64,000 bases of DNA, taken from the NCBI GenBank assembly GCA_036172245.1, contig JAYWIR010000091.1:186001-250000 (forward strand), written 5' to 3'. This DNA is from Raillietiella orientalis (lineage: Eukaryota). Made by a program: the position numbers and the translations under genes. Below the pieces are notes generated by a model. That model searched no databases and was not told the DNA's origin. It worked only from the letters and a program-made list of their open reading frames with translations. This document shows positions 23,518 to 36,003 of the stretch, in pieces. Position 1 is the stretch's first letter; every line of letters begins with the position of its first letter.

Positions 23518-26299
23518 GCCGGGAACGTTCGTCCCCGTCTGCGGTACGGAATCTCGTGCGGTGTTTTTATTCCTCCCTTTACGCCAAAACACCACACGAA
23601 CAAGACGCCTCGCGACGAATGCTCATGAGTGGTACCGTGGGGATAGGGGAGGAGGAGAGAGAAAGCCTCGATGAGCCTTTCACGACAGGTGAAATTCTCG
23701 CCGTTAACAAAAGGCTCAAGAGGCGTAAGGCGCCAGGGGAGGACGGCTTGCCCGCAGAGTTCTTTCAGAGTTTCGCGGAAGGGCTGGCACCCCTGCTGCT
23801 TCAGCTGACAAGGCTGATCGGAGACGAAGGCCATGTTCCAGCCTCGTTTCGGTCAGCCAGAGTGAGGCTCCTTTCGAAAGGGGAAGACTTTAGAAATTTG
23901 AACGACTGGCGTCCGATCACGATTGTGAACACGGACGCCAAGTTGATTGCCGGGCTGTGGGCTTCGCGATTGGGGCAGGTGTCCAATTCCATAATTAGCC
24001 CGGAGCAGAGTTACGCTGTTGCCGGGCGAAGTATGGAGGACAACCTCTTTTTCGCGAGCACGTAGATGCACGCGCAGCGGAGTAATAAAGAAGGGAAAGG
24101 AAAAATTTTCAACCTTACTTAAGGGCTGCCAGTGGGACAGGGTAGAATCCCTCATGCGGGAAAGGGGGCCTTAGCGATCGCAGTCGACCTCCATAAGGCA
24201 TTCGACTGTGTTGACCAGGAACTCCTATTGGAGCTCCTGGTTCGCATGGGCTTCCCACCCTCCTTGATTACCTACCTGAGCTTTTGCTGGCGGAACGCGA
24301 TAATCTCAATTACTTTCAGTGGAAAAAAGGTGTTAGGCGTGCCAGTGCGGCGGGGCATAAGGCAGGGAGACAGCTTCAGCCCCCTGCTTTTTAGCACCTA
24401 CGCTGAGCTGGTGCTGAGAGCGTACAGGGTGACTTTGGCCCCCTTGCCGAGCTCCTGCCCCGGCACGCCAGCTGTAGCGGCGTATGCCGACGATCTTCTG
24501 CTCCTCTTACCTATTTCCACCCCGGCGAAGGCAGTCGGAGATTTCTTCGAACTGCTTAGCCGTGGGGCGGGATTACAGGTTAACAGGTCGAAGTCGTCAG
24601 GGTTGCCAGTTGGAACGACGTGGGCAGGGCAGCAGGACTGGGTCCGTCTTGGGATCCCCACATTGAGGTGCATCAAGTACCTCGGTGTGCCGTTAGAGGA
24701 CTTCTCCCTTGCGGAAGCGTCGTCCAGCTGCCTCCAAAAAGTCGAGACGGCGATCGGCCCGTTCCTGGAAGGCAAGTTTCACTTGCCGGAACGGGCCGCG
24801 GTTTGGAACGCCTTCGTGGCCCCCATTCTCCGCCCCTTGCTTTTTGTTTGCCCCGCCCCCGTGGAATCAAAAAAGCGGACGAAGGACCTCCTCCGCATAG
24901 CTCTTCGGGGCAAGGGGAGGCGCCGAGTCCCACTGAAGGACTTGTGCGCTCCGCGTCGGGACGGCGGTCTTGGCCTCCTGACACTGGAGCGCGTGGAGAA
25001 GCAGCTGCGGTGGCGAACCCTCGCCATCACAACGAAGATGTGGAGCACCCCTTAATGCACCTTGGCCCGCCTCCTGGCCAGCCGTGTGTCCCGGTGCGAT
25101 GGACTCGCGTCGTTTCTTCTGAGCCGTGGCCGGAAGATGCGAAGATGCGGCCTACTGCTCGGGCGCATGGCAACATTGGCCAAGGAGAACAGCTGGATGG
25201 TTTGCTGCCCCGCCAACTCCCCCGCCTGGCTGGAGGAGAATATTGGAACGTGGGCAGCAGTTAACCAGAGAAGCCACGAGACGTGGAATCGTCTCCCATG
25301 CAGCCCCTACGCCCGCTGCACGCTGCGGAATTTCCTGGAGAGTCCAGGAAGATGCGCGTGTGCAGAGACGACCTGCCTAGCTACGGCGCTCCTCTTCCTG
25401 AGAAGGGCACTTCACAGCAGCCGAACGCCAATGTGGCAAGTCTCCTGCTGCATCCAGGGACGCGAGAAGTTGATCAGCGTCTGGACAACAGGAAAACTGG
25501 CAGACGCCACGACACCGAGCGTCCAGCCGCGAGGTCTAAGAAGATGGGGCGAGCTGCTGGCCATCCCTATGGATGTGCTGAAGTGGCCTCCGTTTCTTCA
25601 GGAATCCAGGATGCTGCTCCTTAAGTGGAAAGACTCGGCGTTGCTGTTGTTGCATTGGGGGTTACCCTGTAATGCACGCCGCTCTCACTGGACTAGAGGA
25701 GTTGTGGATCCTGCTTGTGTCAGGTGCGGAGAAAGGTAATCGCTCTCCCACCTTATTGTGGACTGTGCTGCCCTTCGTCCCCTTTGGGAACGATTTGGGA
25801 CGATCCTCGGTCTTCCTACGGGCAGTTCCCCTACAGACGTTCTTCGGCCCCTCTTCGTGAAGGACGCCCTGCATCCAGTCGCAGCCCTTGCAGGCTTGTG
25901 CTGCGTCCGAAGCATCGTGGCGGCATGGAACGACACCAACAAGGAAGGAGTGGGTCAACCCGTGAGGGATGTCGTCCCATATGCCCAACGCTTCTCTTGG
26001 AGAGCTGCTGAATAACCCCAACTGGGGAATGCACAGATGGACCTCAAGGGCTTCCTTCAACGGATGGGCCCTCCTCTCAGCGAACAGTGATCCCTTCCCT
26101 GCCCCCCAACCTCATTTGTTTGCTTGCCTTCTTGTTTTCATTTTTGTTTTTCCCCATCCCCTTTCGCTGCCGGGGAGTGCCACGCCGGGCTGCGTCCCGG
26201 CGTCCCGGTAGGTCCCGTGGGTAAGGCCGTGAGCGGGGCCTGGTACCGCGATTGTAGAGTTTTTTATAAATAAACGCCCCGGGAGTACCCGGGTGGCAA
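23518..26299 (+). mobile_element. Family C copy 3, 5'-truncated (RT to 3' end)
   Basis: KAPGEDGLP, DLHKAFD, AYADD (~24480); colinear with ~20510-23283; terminus AATAAACGCCCCGGGAGTACCCGGGTG-GCAA. Confidence 0.92.
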
Positions 26300-29033
26300 C
26301 GCCGAATCCCCCGGGCAGACGTTGCACAGGGAACTGTTCGCAGAACTCCCGGACCGAGTCCTTAAATAGGACCCAATTTGCGAGACTCTAGAGGCTGACG
26401 CCTCGCAGGAATTCGCGTAGATGTTCTTTCGCTCCTGACAGGCGCGTCCAGTCCCCTGAAATACACCAATCCCTGGATGGGGGTCTCTTGTCGCGAGGGC
26501 GCATCTTGAATAATAACCGGGAATGTTCCGACAGCGCCGATCCAAGTGTCCCTCGTTTTCCGACCCGTGTGCACAGGTCTTCGTCGAGGAAGACGTGGTC
26601 CACGCTGCTGACCATCCCGCATATTTCTGTCAACAAGTTGCGCGCGCGCATGGCGGCGCACAACTCGTTGATCGCGTTACCCTGTGCTCCATGCTGATCT
26701 GAGAGCAGACGGTCGTTGAAATGCCTTGCTATCAGATGCGCCTTTCGCACGTCCGCGTCCACCATCCATTCGCGCTTCAAGGTTTCCAGAAAGCGTTGCG
26801 CTGCTGGTATCCCTGTTTACAGCTAGGAGCGTACACATTGGTGACGATGAGTTCGATTGAATCGAACCATCTGAGAATCAGTTGGCCGATCCGTCCGTCG
26901 TCCCCAAAGCGCACGCCCTTTACGGCCGCGTTAATGGCTGGCTTTAGAAAGAACGCGACCCCACAAGTGTTGCGGGCGCCGCATCGCCAGTACAACCGCC
27001 CTCTTGCGACCGTTTCGTTCTCCTGGGAGTCTTTTGCGGTGATCACGTGGATCTCCTGCAAAAGCACCAGGTCGAAATCTCGCAAGGTGGCGTCTGTATC
27101 TCGTCTGTTTCCGTCGTCGCGCAGCCCATTAACATTCCAACTGGCCGCGCGGATCCGACGGAGACATGCGAGTCCAGGTGTTATTCCTAAGAACCTGGCG
27201 GTGGTGCTCCCGCCACCTTTTGGGGCGGGTCGCTGGACGGGGTTGGCGTCTTGCTAACCAACTCCCCATCCTTCTTTCGTGCCGACGTCTCCGGCTGCCC
27301 GTGCGAAGGGGGTGTTGTTCGTACCTGTTGGCCCACATCCATTGGTGCGGGTGTTTCAGGTTCGGCGGTTTCAGAGGCCATTTCTGACCCCTGGTTACCC
27401 TCCTCCATTGGAGTCGCCTCCTCGTGGGCTTCCGCACGTGAGTGATGCTCGACTTGGGCTCCCACACTGCCATCCACTGGTTCTTCCACCAATGCATCCC
27501 CCTCGCGCGGAGGCGGAATGCACCTTCGGGGTTTCTGGGATTTTCGCCCCGCTTTCCTTGGTGGTGCTTCCGCAGAGAACGATGCACTTCCGGCCTCCCG
27601 GTCCGACTCACCTGCGGAAGCCTCTTTAGCCGCTGCATGCCTACGCAACCCCTTTCGCAAAAGTTTCTCGCGTTCGGCAAGCGTTGCCGCAAGCTCCTCG
27701 GCGGCCTTCTCGGAAGCTGAGTCCTTGGTTTCGGCGATTTGGTCGTCCGGCTGACCCTCTTCGCAAGCAGGGGTTGGGTTTTCGCGCGCATCCGTCGCGG
27801 CGGGAAAATCGATCGAAGCCGTATCGCCTCCGGTGGTGTCGGCGGGAACGTCAATGCGCTCCAGCGTAACCGTGCATTCTCGGAGAGTTTTTACACCCGA
27901 CACGGATTGATCTTTTGTTCCGGCCGCCGTCTTCTCTCCTTTCTTCGGTACATGCTTGTCTATTTTCTCTTTTTTGGCTTTGACTAGCTGCCAGCCCTGT
28001 TCTCCCTCTGCGGTTTCAAGAAGATTTTTCTCCGATGCCGCGCTTGGAGCTTGGGTTATTGGAAGCTTTTCTCGGCCAGTTTCACGGTTTTCCAATTTTT
28101 CGTTCCCCGCGCGTTTCCCTTGCGCCTTTTTGGCGGCCGAGGAAATTGGGGTGGGGCGTTTAGGGTACACGCAACGGACGTGTCCCTTCTCCCCGCACAA
28201 GTAGGATACGATGTTTGGACACCTCTTTCGGATGTGTCCGACCGCATCGCAGTAGCCGCTATACCGTGGCTTGCCCGCATATTAGAGGTCTACCGGTTCT
28301 CCCGCGACCTCAAGTTTGTGGAGTAGCTTCGCTTCGTTTTTTAGGGTTACGCGTGCCGCGGCGAGGCCCCCGAAGTGGCGTCCGTAGCCCTCAAAGATTG
28401 TGGGCTTCGGCCACAGCGCGTGTACGTCCCCGTACTTACTTAATTCTGCTTTTACGGCAGTGCGCGTCATGCGCTTGGATATTCCTGTCAAGTGGACCAC
28501 TACCGAGTGGTCCATTGACACCGGGAAGATCTTACGGCAGTCCATGATCAGCGGGGTATTTATAAGGCGATCGGCCAGGCTAATGGTCTTGCACACCAGC
28601 TCAACCCGCTGCGCCCCGCTGAGCACGCACAGACCTTCCAGATCTTCCTCAAGGACATTAGCATTTTGAAGCGCTCTGCTGAAAGAGCGCGCCAAGTTCC
28701 CTTTAAACAAAGGGCCTACCATGCATACAAGGGATGGCTCGTATTAAGAGGCCCGATAGGCGGCTTCCTCGGCCATGGCCTCCGCACTGGGGGCGACGAC
28801 CATTTCACTCCAAGTCTTCGCCGGCTGCGAAGACGTTTCAGGGACTATTGCCCACATAGCTGTAGGTCTTGTAGTAGGACTTGCCTTCCCCACAACTACA
28901 TCTATCGCGGTGTCCTCTGGCACGGCTGCCAACGGACACCGACGACCCACTCTTTACACCTGACTACACTGAAAACTCCGGCTGCTTCCCAGACAAGCGC
29001 TGGCGGAGCGACCAAAAAACACGTCCACTCACA
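26300..29033 (-). mobile_element. Family C copy C': 5' end, ORF1 and APE up to the GFG site
   Basis: 5' TGTGAGTGGACGTG; ORF1 PEDTA...WSEMVVAPSAEAMAE...; APE QEIH, NVYAP, VDH; ends LPGGFG. Confidence 0.9.
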
Positions 29034-29046
29034 CCAGGTTTCGGCG

Positions 29047-30379
29047 ATTCCACCCGGATACGCCGGGACGTTTATTGAGAAACATTTCAACGGTCAATAC
29101 AAAACGTGGTACAAGGCCCCACTGACGGCCACGCAATACCGGAACTGCCGGGACACCGGGACGCAGCCCGGTGTGGCTCTCCTCGGCAGTGGAGGGGGAT
29201 GAGGGAGAAAACAAAAATAAAATAAAAGAGAAAAAAAAAATACAAAAAAAAGTTTGGAGGGCCGGGAAGAAATCACAGAAGACTGCTGGGAGCGCCCATC
29301 CTTTGCAGGATGCCTACTAGTTCCATTTTCAGTTTTCCTAGATTCTGCCATCGGGTAGTTCTCTGCAGGAAGCGAGAAGCATACTCGATGACGTCCCTCA
29401 CGATGCAGCCTTCATCTTCGGCATCACTCCCGGCCGCCACAATACCACGAATGCAGCAAAGTGCTGCCAGGGCTGCGGCTGGACTGAGGGCGTCCCGCAC
29501 GAAGACATGACTGAAGACACATCCAACATTTCCACCATCCGGTATCCGAAGGGCTATTTTCAGACGATCCCAAAGAATCTGGACGGCAGGACATTCATCT
29601 AAGAGGTGGGGGAGCGACTTCCGCTCTCCACACCTGGCAAACGCAGAATTTACTCCTTCCCGCGTCCAGTGGAGGCGACCAGCGTTGCAGGGTAGACCCC
29701 AATGCAGCCACACAAGCGCCGATTCTTGCCACTTCAGGGGAAGAATCCTGGATCCAAGTAGAACCGGGGGCCACTTCAGGTCATCCCATCGAATCCCGAG
29801 CAGCTCGCCCCATCTCCTTAATCCACGCGGCTGGAGACTAGGGGTCGTTGCATCTGTCAACTCTCCCATGGTCCAGCCGCTCATCATCTTCTCTCTGCCT
29901 GCGATAGGCAGCAGACTTGCCACCTTGGCTTCCGGCTTTCGTGAAGCGCCCTTTGGAGGAAGGGCATTGCCGTAACAAGAAGTGTGCCTTCCGCCCATGT
30001 GCAACTCGGTGGAAATTCAAGAATTCCACGGAGAGTTCGGCGGGCTTAAAAGCCGACTCGCAGGCAGTTCATCCGTCCTTGCACCTCTGGTTCTGCTTGG
30101 CCCAGGTGCCAGCAGTCTCTTCCAGTCAAACGGAAAAGGTGGCAGGACCACAAACCATCCAGTTATTCTCCTTTGCCAGGGTTGCCATGCGGCCGAGCAG
30201 TAGACCGCATCTTCGAAGCTTCCGGCCAGGGCACAGAAGAAACGATGCGAGTCCTTCGCAACGGGACACACGCCGGGCCAGGAGGCGGGCCGCAATGCAC
30301 CAAGCGGTGCTCCACATCTGCGCTGCGATGGCGTGGGTCCGCCATAGCAGCTGGATTTCCACGCGCTCCAGCGTCAGGA
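29047..30379 (-). mobile_element. Family C copy 5, 3' part, head-to-tail with C'
   Basis: LTLERVE...HWGLPCN...ARCGERKSLPHLLDEC; terminus AATAAACGTCCCGGCGTATCCGGGTG-GAAT; closely similar to ~47775-49107. Confidence 0.9.
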
Positions 30380-31834
30380 TGCAGGCTTGCGCATTCTCGA
30401 CTTAAACAGCATCGAACTGCAAGTGCAGTTTTGCATGCTGCGGCTCTGTGCCAAGCTGTGGTTTACGCCGTTGTGCTTACCCGAACGCCTTATATAGAGG
30501 CGCTGCACGGGAAGAGAGAGATTGCTTTCGTTGCTACCCGAATTTCGGCACACCAGAATAGGGTTTGGCTTCCCGCTGAGGCAGCTGTCCTCACTGCTGG
30601 AAGCCCAAAGCTGGATCTCCTGCCGCCCCATGAACATTAATGCATGGCGGCAGGAATCTTTTTCATCGTGGGCAGCTTCCGAAGGAACGCGCCTGGAAGA
30701 TCTTCGACGCCTGCGACTTCTCTTCAGTCATCAAATGGACGAAGTCATGCAGGACAAGAAGTTGTCGCATCGTCTGGCCGCCACACCACTCGCCGCAGCG
30801 CTGTCTGCCCTCAGGGCAAGCAACGACGGTTGCCTACCGGCGGAATGGGAGTTCTCCTGCAAAATAGCGGGAGTCAGTAAGCTTCTTGGCATCTGGAGGA
30901 CAAAGGAGCTGGTGCAAGCCCTCACCCCTCGGAATCGGGCAAAGGGCCTGCTTCGGTGGAGCGAACATTTAAGTGTGCCCCCCGGAGAGATAGTGGTTCC
31001 CCTCGTTTGTTTGGACAGCTCCGTGTTCCCCCTTAAGTGGAAACAAGATGTGCTGCTCTTTTTACATTGTGCATTTCACTGTAATAGGCAGCGAAGCATC
31101 GTTTCCGCGGGAGCTGCTTTGCCAAACTGTTTAAGGTACGTAGAGATCGAGTCTTTTCCGCACCTTTTGCTGGACTGCGGTGACCTCCGGGAACTGTGGC
31201 GAAGGCTCACTTCGGCCATCATGCCACAAGGAGGCACTGCCATTGATGTGCTGCGGAGCTTCTTCAGCAGAAATGGACTTTTGGTTGGCGCGATTGTCGC
31301 AACCATGTGTTGCGTTCTCGCCATCGTGAAGGCCCGCTACACCCTGGAGTTGTCATCGCAGCGAAGGGAGGCTCACCTGCTTGCAGATCAATTCATGGAG
31401 AAGGCTTCAAGGTGGTCTCATCTTCGTGACAAGGTGAATGAGGACATCACCGGCATACATCGCCGGTTTACACACCTTTGAGAACGGCGTAATCCGGTGA
31501 TCCCTGCGACCTCTCGCCCACCCATACCCCGTCCCCGTTCGCTCGGTAAAATTTCCGGTGCCCATGCTTTTATCACCGTGTCTTCCAGAGCGATCCCAAA
31601 GACCGTTATCCCGTCCTCCTTATTCATTGTTTTTATTTTATTTTGGTTTCTTTGTGTTTTCCGCCCCCCCACACCGTTCAAGAAACTGTTACTCCGGCCT
31701 GCGTGCCAGCAATATTCTCTTCATTCTTGTTAAGTTGTCGGTTGGAAGTTTGGTTCCCAACTGGTTTATATTGTATAATTGCTTTTTTTGGTTATGTTAT
31801 ATGGAATAAACGCCCCGGCGTGACCAGGTGAGAA
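30377..31834 (+). mobile_element. Family I (B-related) 3' part
   Basis: ORF 30522..31481 GFPLRQL...LAATPLAAAL...NCLRYVEIESFPHLLLDC; terminus AATAAACGCCCCGGCGTGACCAGGTG-AGAA. Confidence 0.9.
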
Positions 31835-33850
31835 ATCTCCTGCGCTTGTTCTGCAGAGACCACATGGATCTCCTGCCGCAGCGCAACGTCGAACGATCCT
31901 AGAATGGAGGCCATGTCTCGTCTCCTGCCGGCGTCTGTCATGCCGTTCACGTTCCAAACGGCGATGCGCAGACGACGGCGGGAGGAGATTCCCGGCATTA
32001 CTGCCGGGAAGACGACGGTGTGGGGGAACCCGCCTCTTCCGAGGCGGGTGAGATGACCATTAGGGTTTCAGCCTCCTCAGGCACCTTGGGTACCTTTCCG
32101 GCTCCAATCCCCTCCATCTCCTCCGTGTCAGTGCGTGGTGGTCTCTCTTGTGACGATTCCCGGGATTCTCCCACGCTCATGGCACCCTCGCAGTCGGAAG
32201 TGCTCTCCACGACTTCGACCTGGAGAGGGGATTTCCAGTGTTTGCTGGACTTCCTTCCAGCCTTCCGGCGGGGTGCCGCGGAGATGGAAACTTGGTTTCC
32301 GGTCTGCGCTTCGGGGTCGGAAGTTACCGACTCCTCGGTGGAGGCCGAACGCCTCACTGCCTGTTTGCCAGCCTTGGAGGGGTCTGGCTGCAACGCTGCA
32401 GGCAGCTTCTCCGCCGCACGCTCGAAGGCGGCGTCATCGATCACGGTCTCGATGACGGACTCTTCCGCCGGTTCCATCCCCACGCTGTTGACATTTTCAA
32501 CAGTGGGTTGCTCGTCGGTAGCAGCGATTTCTACCTTGCGGCGTTCGGCGGGGACGCGTTCCAGGACGACGCTGCATTCTTTTAAATTCTCGCTAACCTG
32601 CTGTTTTTTATTTTGGTAGGCGAGCTTTTTTTCGATTCGTCGTTCTTTCTTCGACTTTTTTTTTTTTTTCGCTGACTTCTTGCCACTCCAACACCTGACC
32701 GCTTTTGTCAATCTTTTCGGCATTCGTTGCCGGGGTGTCGGCTGAGGCCTGGACCACGAGAGTGGGTGGCACAGCTTGAGCGGCAGCCTTCGCCGTCAGT
32801 TTTTTCTGAAGCAGCCGCGCGCGTTTTTTTAGGTTCCTCGCGGAAACCACGCGCACAGCGGATTGTGGACACACTTCCTTCGTGTGGCCCATTGTCCTGC
32901 ATACCAGGCACTGTACGTCGGGGTACCTCCTTTTGACGTGTCCCGACGTGTTGCAGAAGCCACAGTATTTGGGCTTCCCCACGTATCAGAGGTCGACGCT
33001 TTCTCCAACGACCACCAGTTTGTGGGGAAGTGTAGAGCTTTCCCGAACGGTTACACGGGCAGCCGTGAGTCCGCACTGAGCTATGGTATAGTCCTGGAAA
33101 GGACTAGGCTTGGTCCATACTGCATGGACCGTGCCTTCTTTTTTCAACGCGGCGCTTAACTGTTCTTTCCGCATCCGCGCGGTAACTCCTAAAAGGTGGA
33201 CCACCATACTGTGGTCCGCCGTAACGGGAAGAAGCCTGCGTGTCCCCATTACCACGGGGGTTTTAAGCAGACGTTGGGCCAGATCTGTATGTTTGCAGAT
33301 CACCTCTACGTACTGCCCCCCGCTACGAATGGTCATAGCGCAGAGCTCCTCTTCTTTAACATCGAGAGCGCGCATCCCCTTCGAAAATGCGCGCGCACAC
33401 TCAGCAGAATACAAATTTCCTACCTTGTAGAATAGTGATGGGTTATACGCCTCTTCCACATAGGCAGATAATTCTGCCGCGGCTGCAGGCGATGGCGCCG
33501 ACACGACGGCGCTCCACGCCCGCGCTGCAGCAGGGACCGGTTTTGTGGGGGCGGACGCCCTCACCTCCTTCGCCACTCAAGGCGACGTTGCCGCCGCCTC
33601 CTGGCACTCCACCTTCTCTAGAGGCGACGTTGCCGCCGCCACGTGGCACTCCACCTTCTCTAGAGGCGACGTTGCCGCCGCCACGTGGCACTCCATTTCT
33701 TCAGGAGGCGACGTTGCCACTGCCCTCTGACACGTAGTGGTGGTCGTGTCAGGCATTGCTGCCTGATCGACCACCTCAACACACGAAGCCTACACCTAGG
33801 GACGGTTCCCGGCACGAGGAGCACCGAGGAAACACGTCCGCTCTAGCCGA
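31835..33850 (-). mobile_element. Family A copy 2: 5' end, ORF1 (33756-31998) and APE start
   Basis: 5' TCGGCTAGAGCGGACGTG; CGFCNTSGH knuckle; TAATG then MPGISSRRRLRIAVWNVNG...QEIH. Confidence 0.92.
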
Positions 33851-36003
33851 CGTAAAGCTTTCGACTGCGTCGAACAGGAGCTCCTTCTTTAGCTAATGGA
33901 ACGCTTGGGATTTCCGCCCGTCTTCCTGGGCTACCTGCGTTCTTGCTGGCGCTTCGCGTTCATCAATATTAATTTTAGCGGCCGGCACGTGTTCGACGTG
34001 CCGCTTCGTCGTGGCATCCGGCAGGGTGACAGCCTCAGGCCCCTGCTCTTCAGCATCTACTTTGAATTGGTGCTGAGAGCATACAGGGAGACTTTGGCAA
34101 CCCTGCCGAGCTCGTGTCCCGGCACGCCAGCCGTTTCGGCCTATGCCGACGATCTTGTGCTCCTGCTTCCCGGGTCCACCCCGGCATCGGCGCTCGAGGA
34201 TTTCTGCGTGTTGCTATACCGTGGGATAGGCCTCCAGGTGAACAGGACGAAGTAGTCGTTGCTTTTCACCGACTCGACGAGGGCCAGACGATCGGAATGG
34301 ATCCGCATGGGGATCCCCACGTGCAGGTGCATCAAGTACCTTGGCGTTCCGTTGGGGGACTTCTGCTCTGCAGAAGCCTGGTCCGACCGTCTACAAAAGG
34401 TGGAGCTGGCGATCGGCCCGTTCCGGGACGGCAAGTTCCACTTGCAGGAACAAGCCACGGTATGGAACGCTTTCGCGGCCCCTCTCCTTCGCCCCCTACT
34501 TTCTGTGTGCCCTACCCTTTATCGAATTAGGACACGAGCTAGGGGCCTTATACGGAAAGCCCTCTGGGGCAACCGTAAGCCTCGCGTCCGGCTCAAAGAC
34601 TTGTGCGCTTCACGCATGGACGGTGGACTTGGTCTCCTGACGTTGGAGCGCATGGAGCGACAGCTCCAATTTAGAAAACTTGCCCTTGTGTCAAAGTTTT
34701 GGACAGCACCCTGGTGTGCTCCAGCAAGACTCCTTGCTCACAGGGCAACCGGCTGCTTCGGATTGACTTCAATCCTGGTAGCCAACGAACGCAGGCTGAA
34801 CCATTGTGGTTATCAGCTGCGGGATTTGGTTGATCTGATGAGAGACAACCCTTGGATCTCCTGCATCCCAGCGGACTGGACTACCTGGCTTCAGGAATCC
34901 GTATCCGCATGGGCGAAGATCAATGGCACAAGCAATGAGGTCTTCTCCTAGCTCCGCAGAGGGAGGCACGCTGGTCAGCCACTCCAGGAGATCGTTTCCA
35001 TCCCACGGAAACTTCTGTAAGCTTCCTTCACCCCCCTTGCCCCTGTGCTGCCTTCCCTCAGGGAAGTTCGGGACAGCCACCAACAGGCATCGTGGGAAGT
35101 GTCCTGCCTAATCGGAGGCACTAAAAAATCACGGAAGGCGTGGACGCCGAGGGAACTAGAGGACGCTAGTACCCCGAGTGTCCCGCAGAACGGACTTTTA
35201 CGCTAAGGCGCGCTGCTCAGTACACCCCCGGAGGAGGTGAAGTGGCCCCCAGCGTCATGCGACAACGGCACCCTTCCCCTGCAGTGGCAGGAGACGGCGT
35301 TGCTTCTGCTTCACTGGGGACTTTTAAGCAGAGCACGCCTGTCTCTTCGGACATCAAGGAATGTGGATGCTAGTTGTGCAGAGTGCGGAAAAAGGGAGAG
35401 CTTCCCTTACTTGATTCTGGAGTGTGTTGCCCTCCACGAAATTTGGGAGACACTCTCGTCGATCCTCAACATTCCGGAGGGTCAACTGAAAAATCTATTC
35501 AGACGCCTTCTAACGCGAGACGGCTTGCCAGCCTCCGGGAGCGTAGCACTGCTTTGCTGCATACGCGGTATCCTGGAGAAGTGGACCGCGTCTAGGAGAG
35601 GAAGGACCAGCCGGAATGCCATCCACTGGGCAGCGATCTCCTTGGAGAAAGTGTGCCGTTGGCGCTGACTTCAAAATCATTTGCCAGCACTTGTTGGCAT
35701 CCGAAACCGGATGCAAAGGCCGCTTCACGGCGCACCGTGATCCCCCCCTCCCTCCCCCTTTCCAAAAAACTTTGACTTCAGGACGTTTTTCTTTTTTTGT
35801 TTTTGTTTTCTTCAATTTTTCCCGTCCCGGCGACAGTGAAAGACCTTATCGACCTCCGGGTCGGTAAGGACAAGTGCTACTGAACTTCTGAACTAAACCT
35901 CTGACGTCGTAAAAAAAAAAATCTTATCAACATATACTTTGTTACAAAATCCTGTAATTTCAAAATTTTAGCAATAAAAGCCTTGTCTTACCAGGGTGAA
36001 AAA
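33851..36003 (+). mobile_element. Family D copy 2: 3' half from RT KAFD to terminus
   Basis: RKAFDCVEQELL, GIRQGDSL, AYADDL, CAECGKRESFPYLILEC; terminus AATAAAAGCCTTGTCTTACCAGGGTG-AAAAA. Confidence 0.92.
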
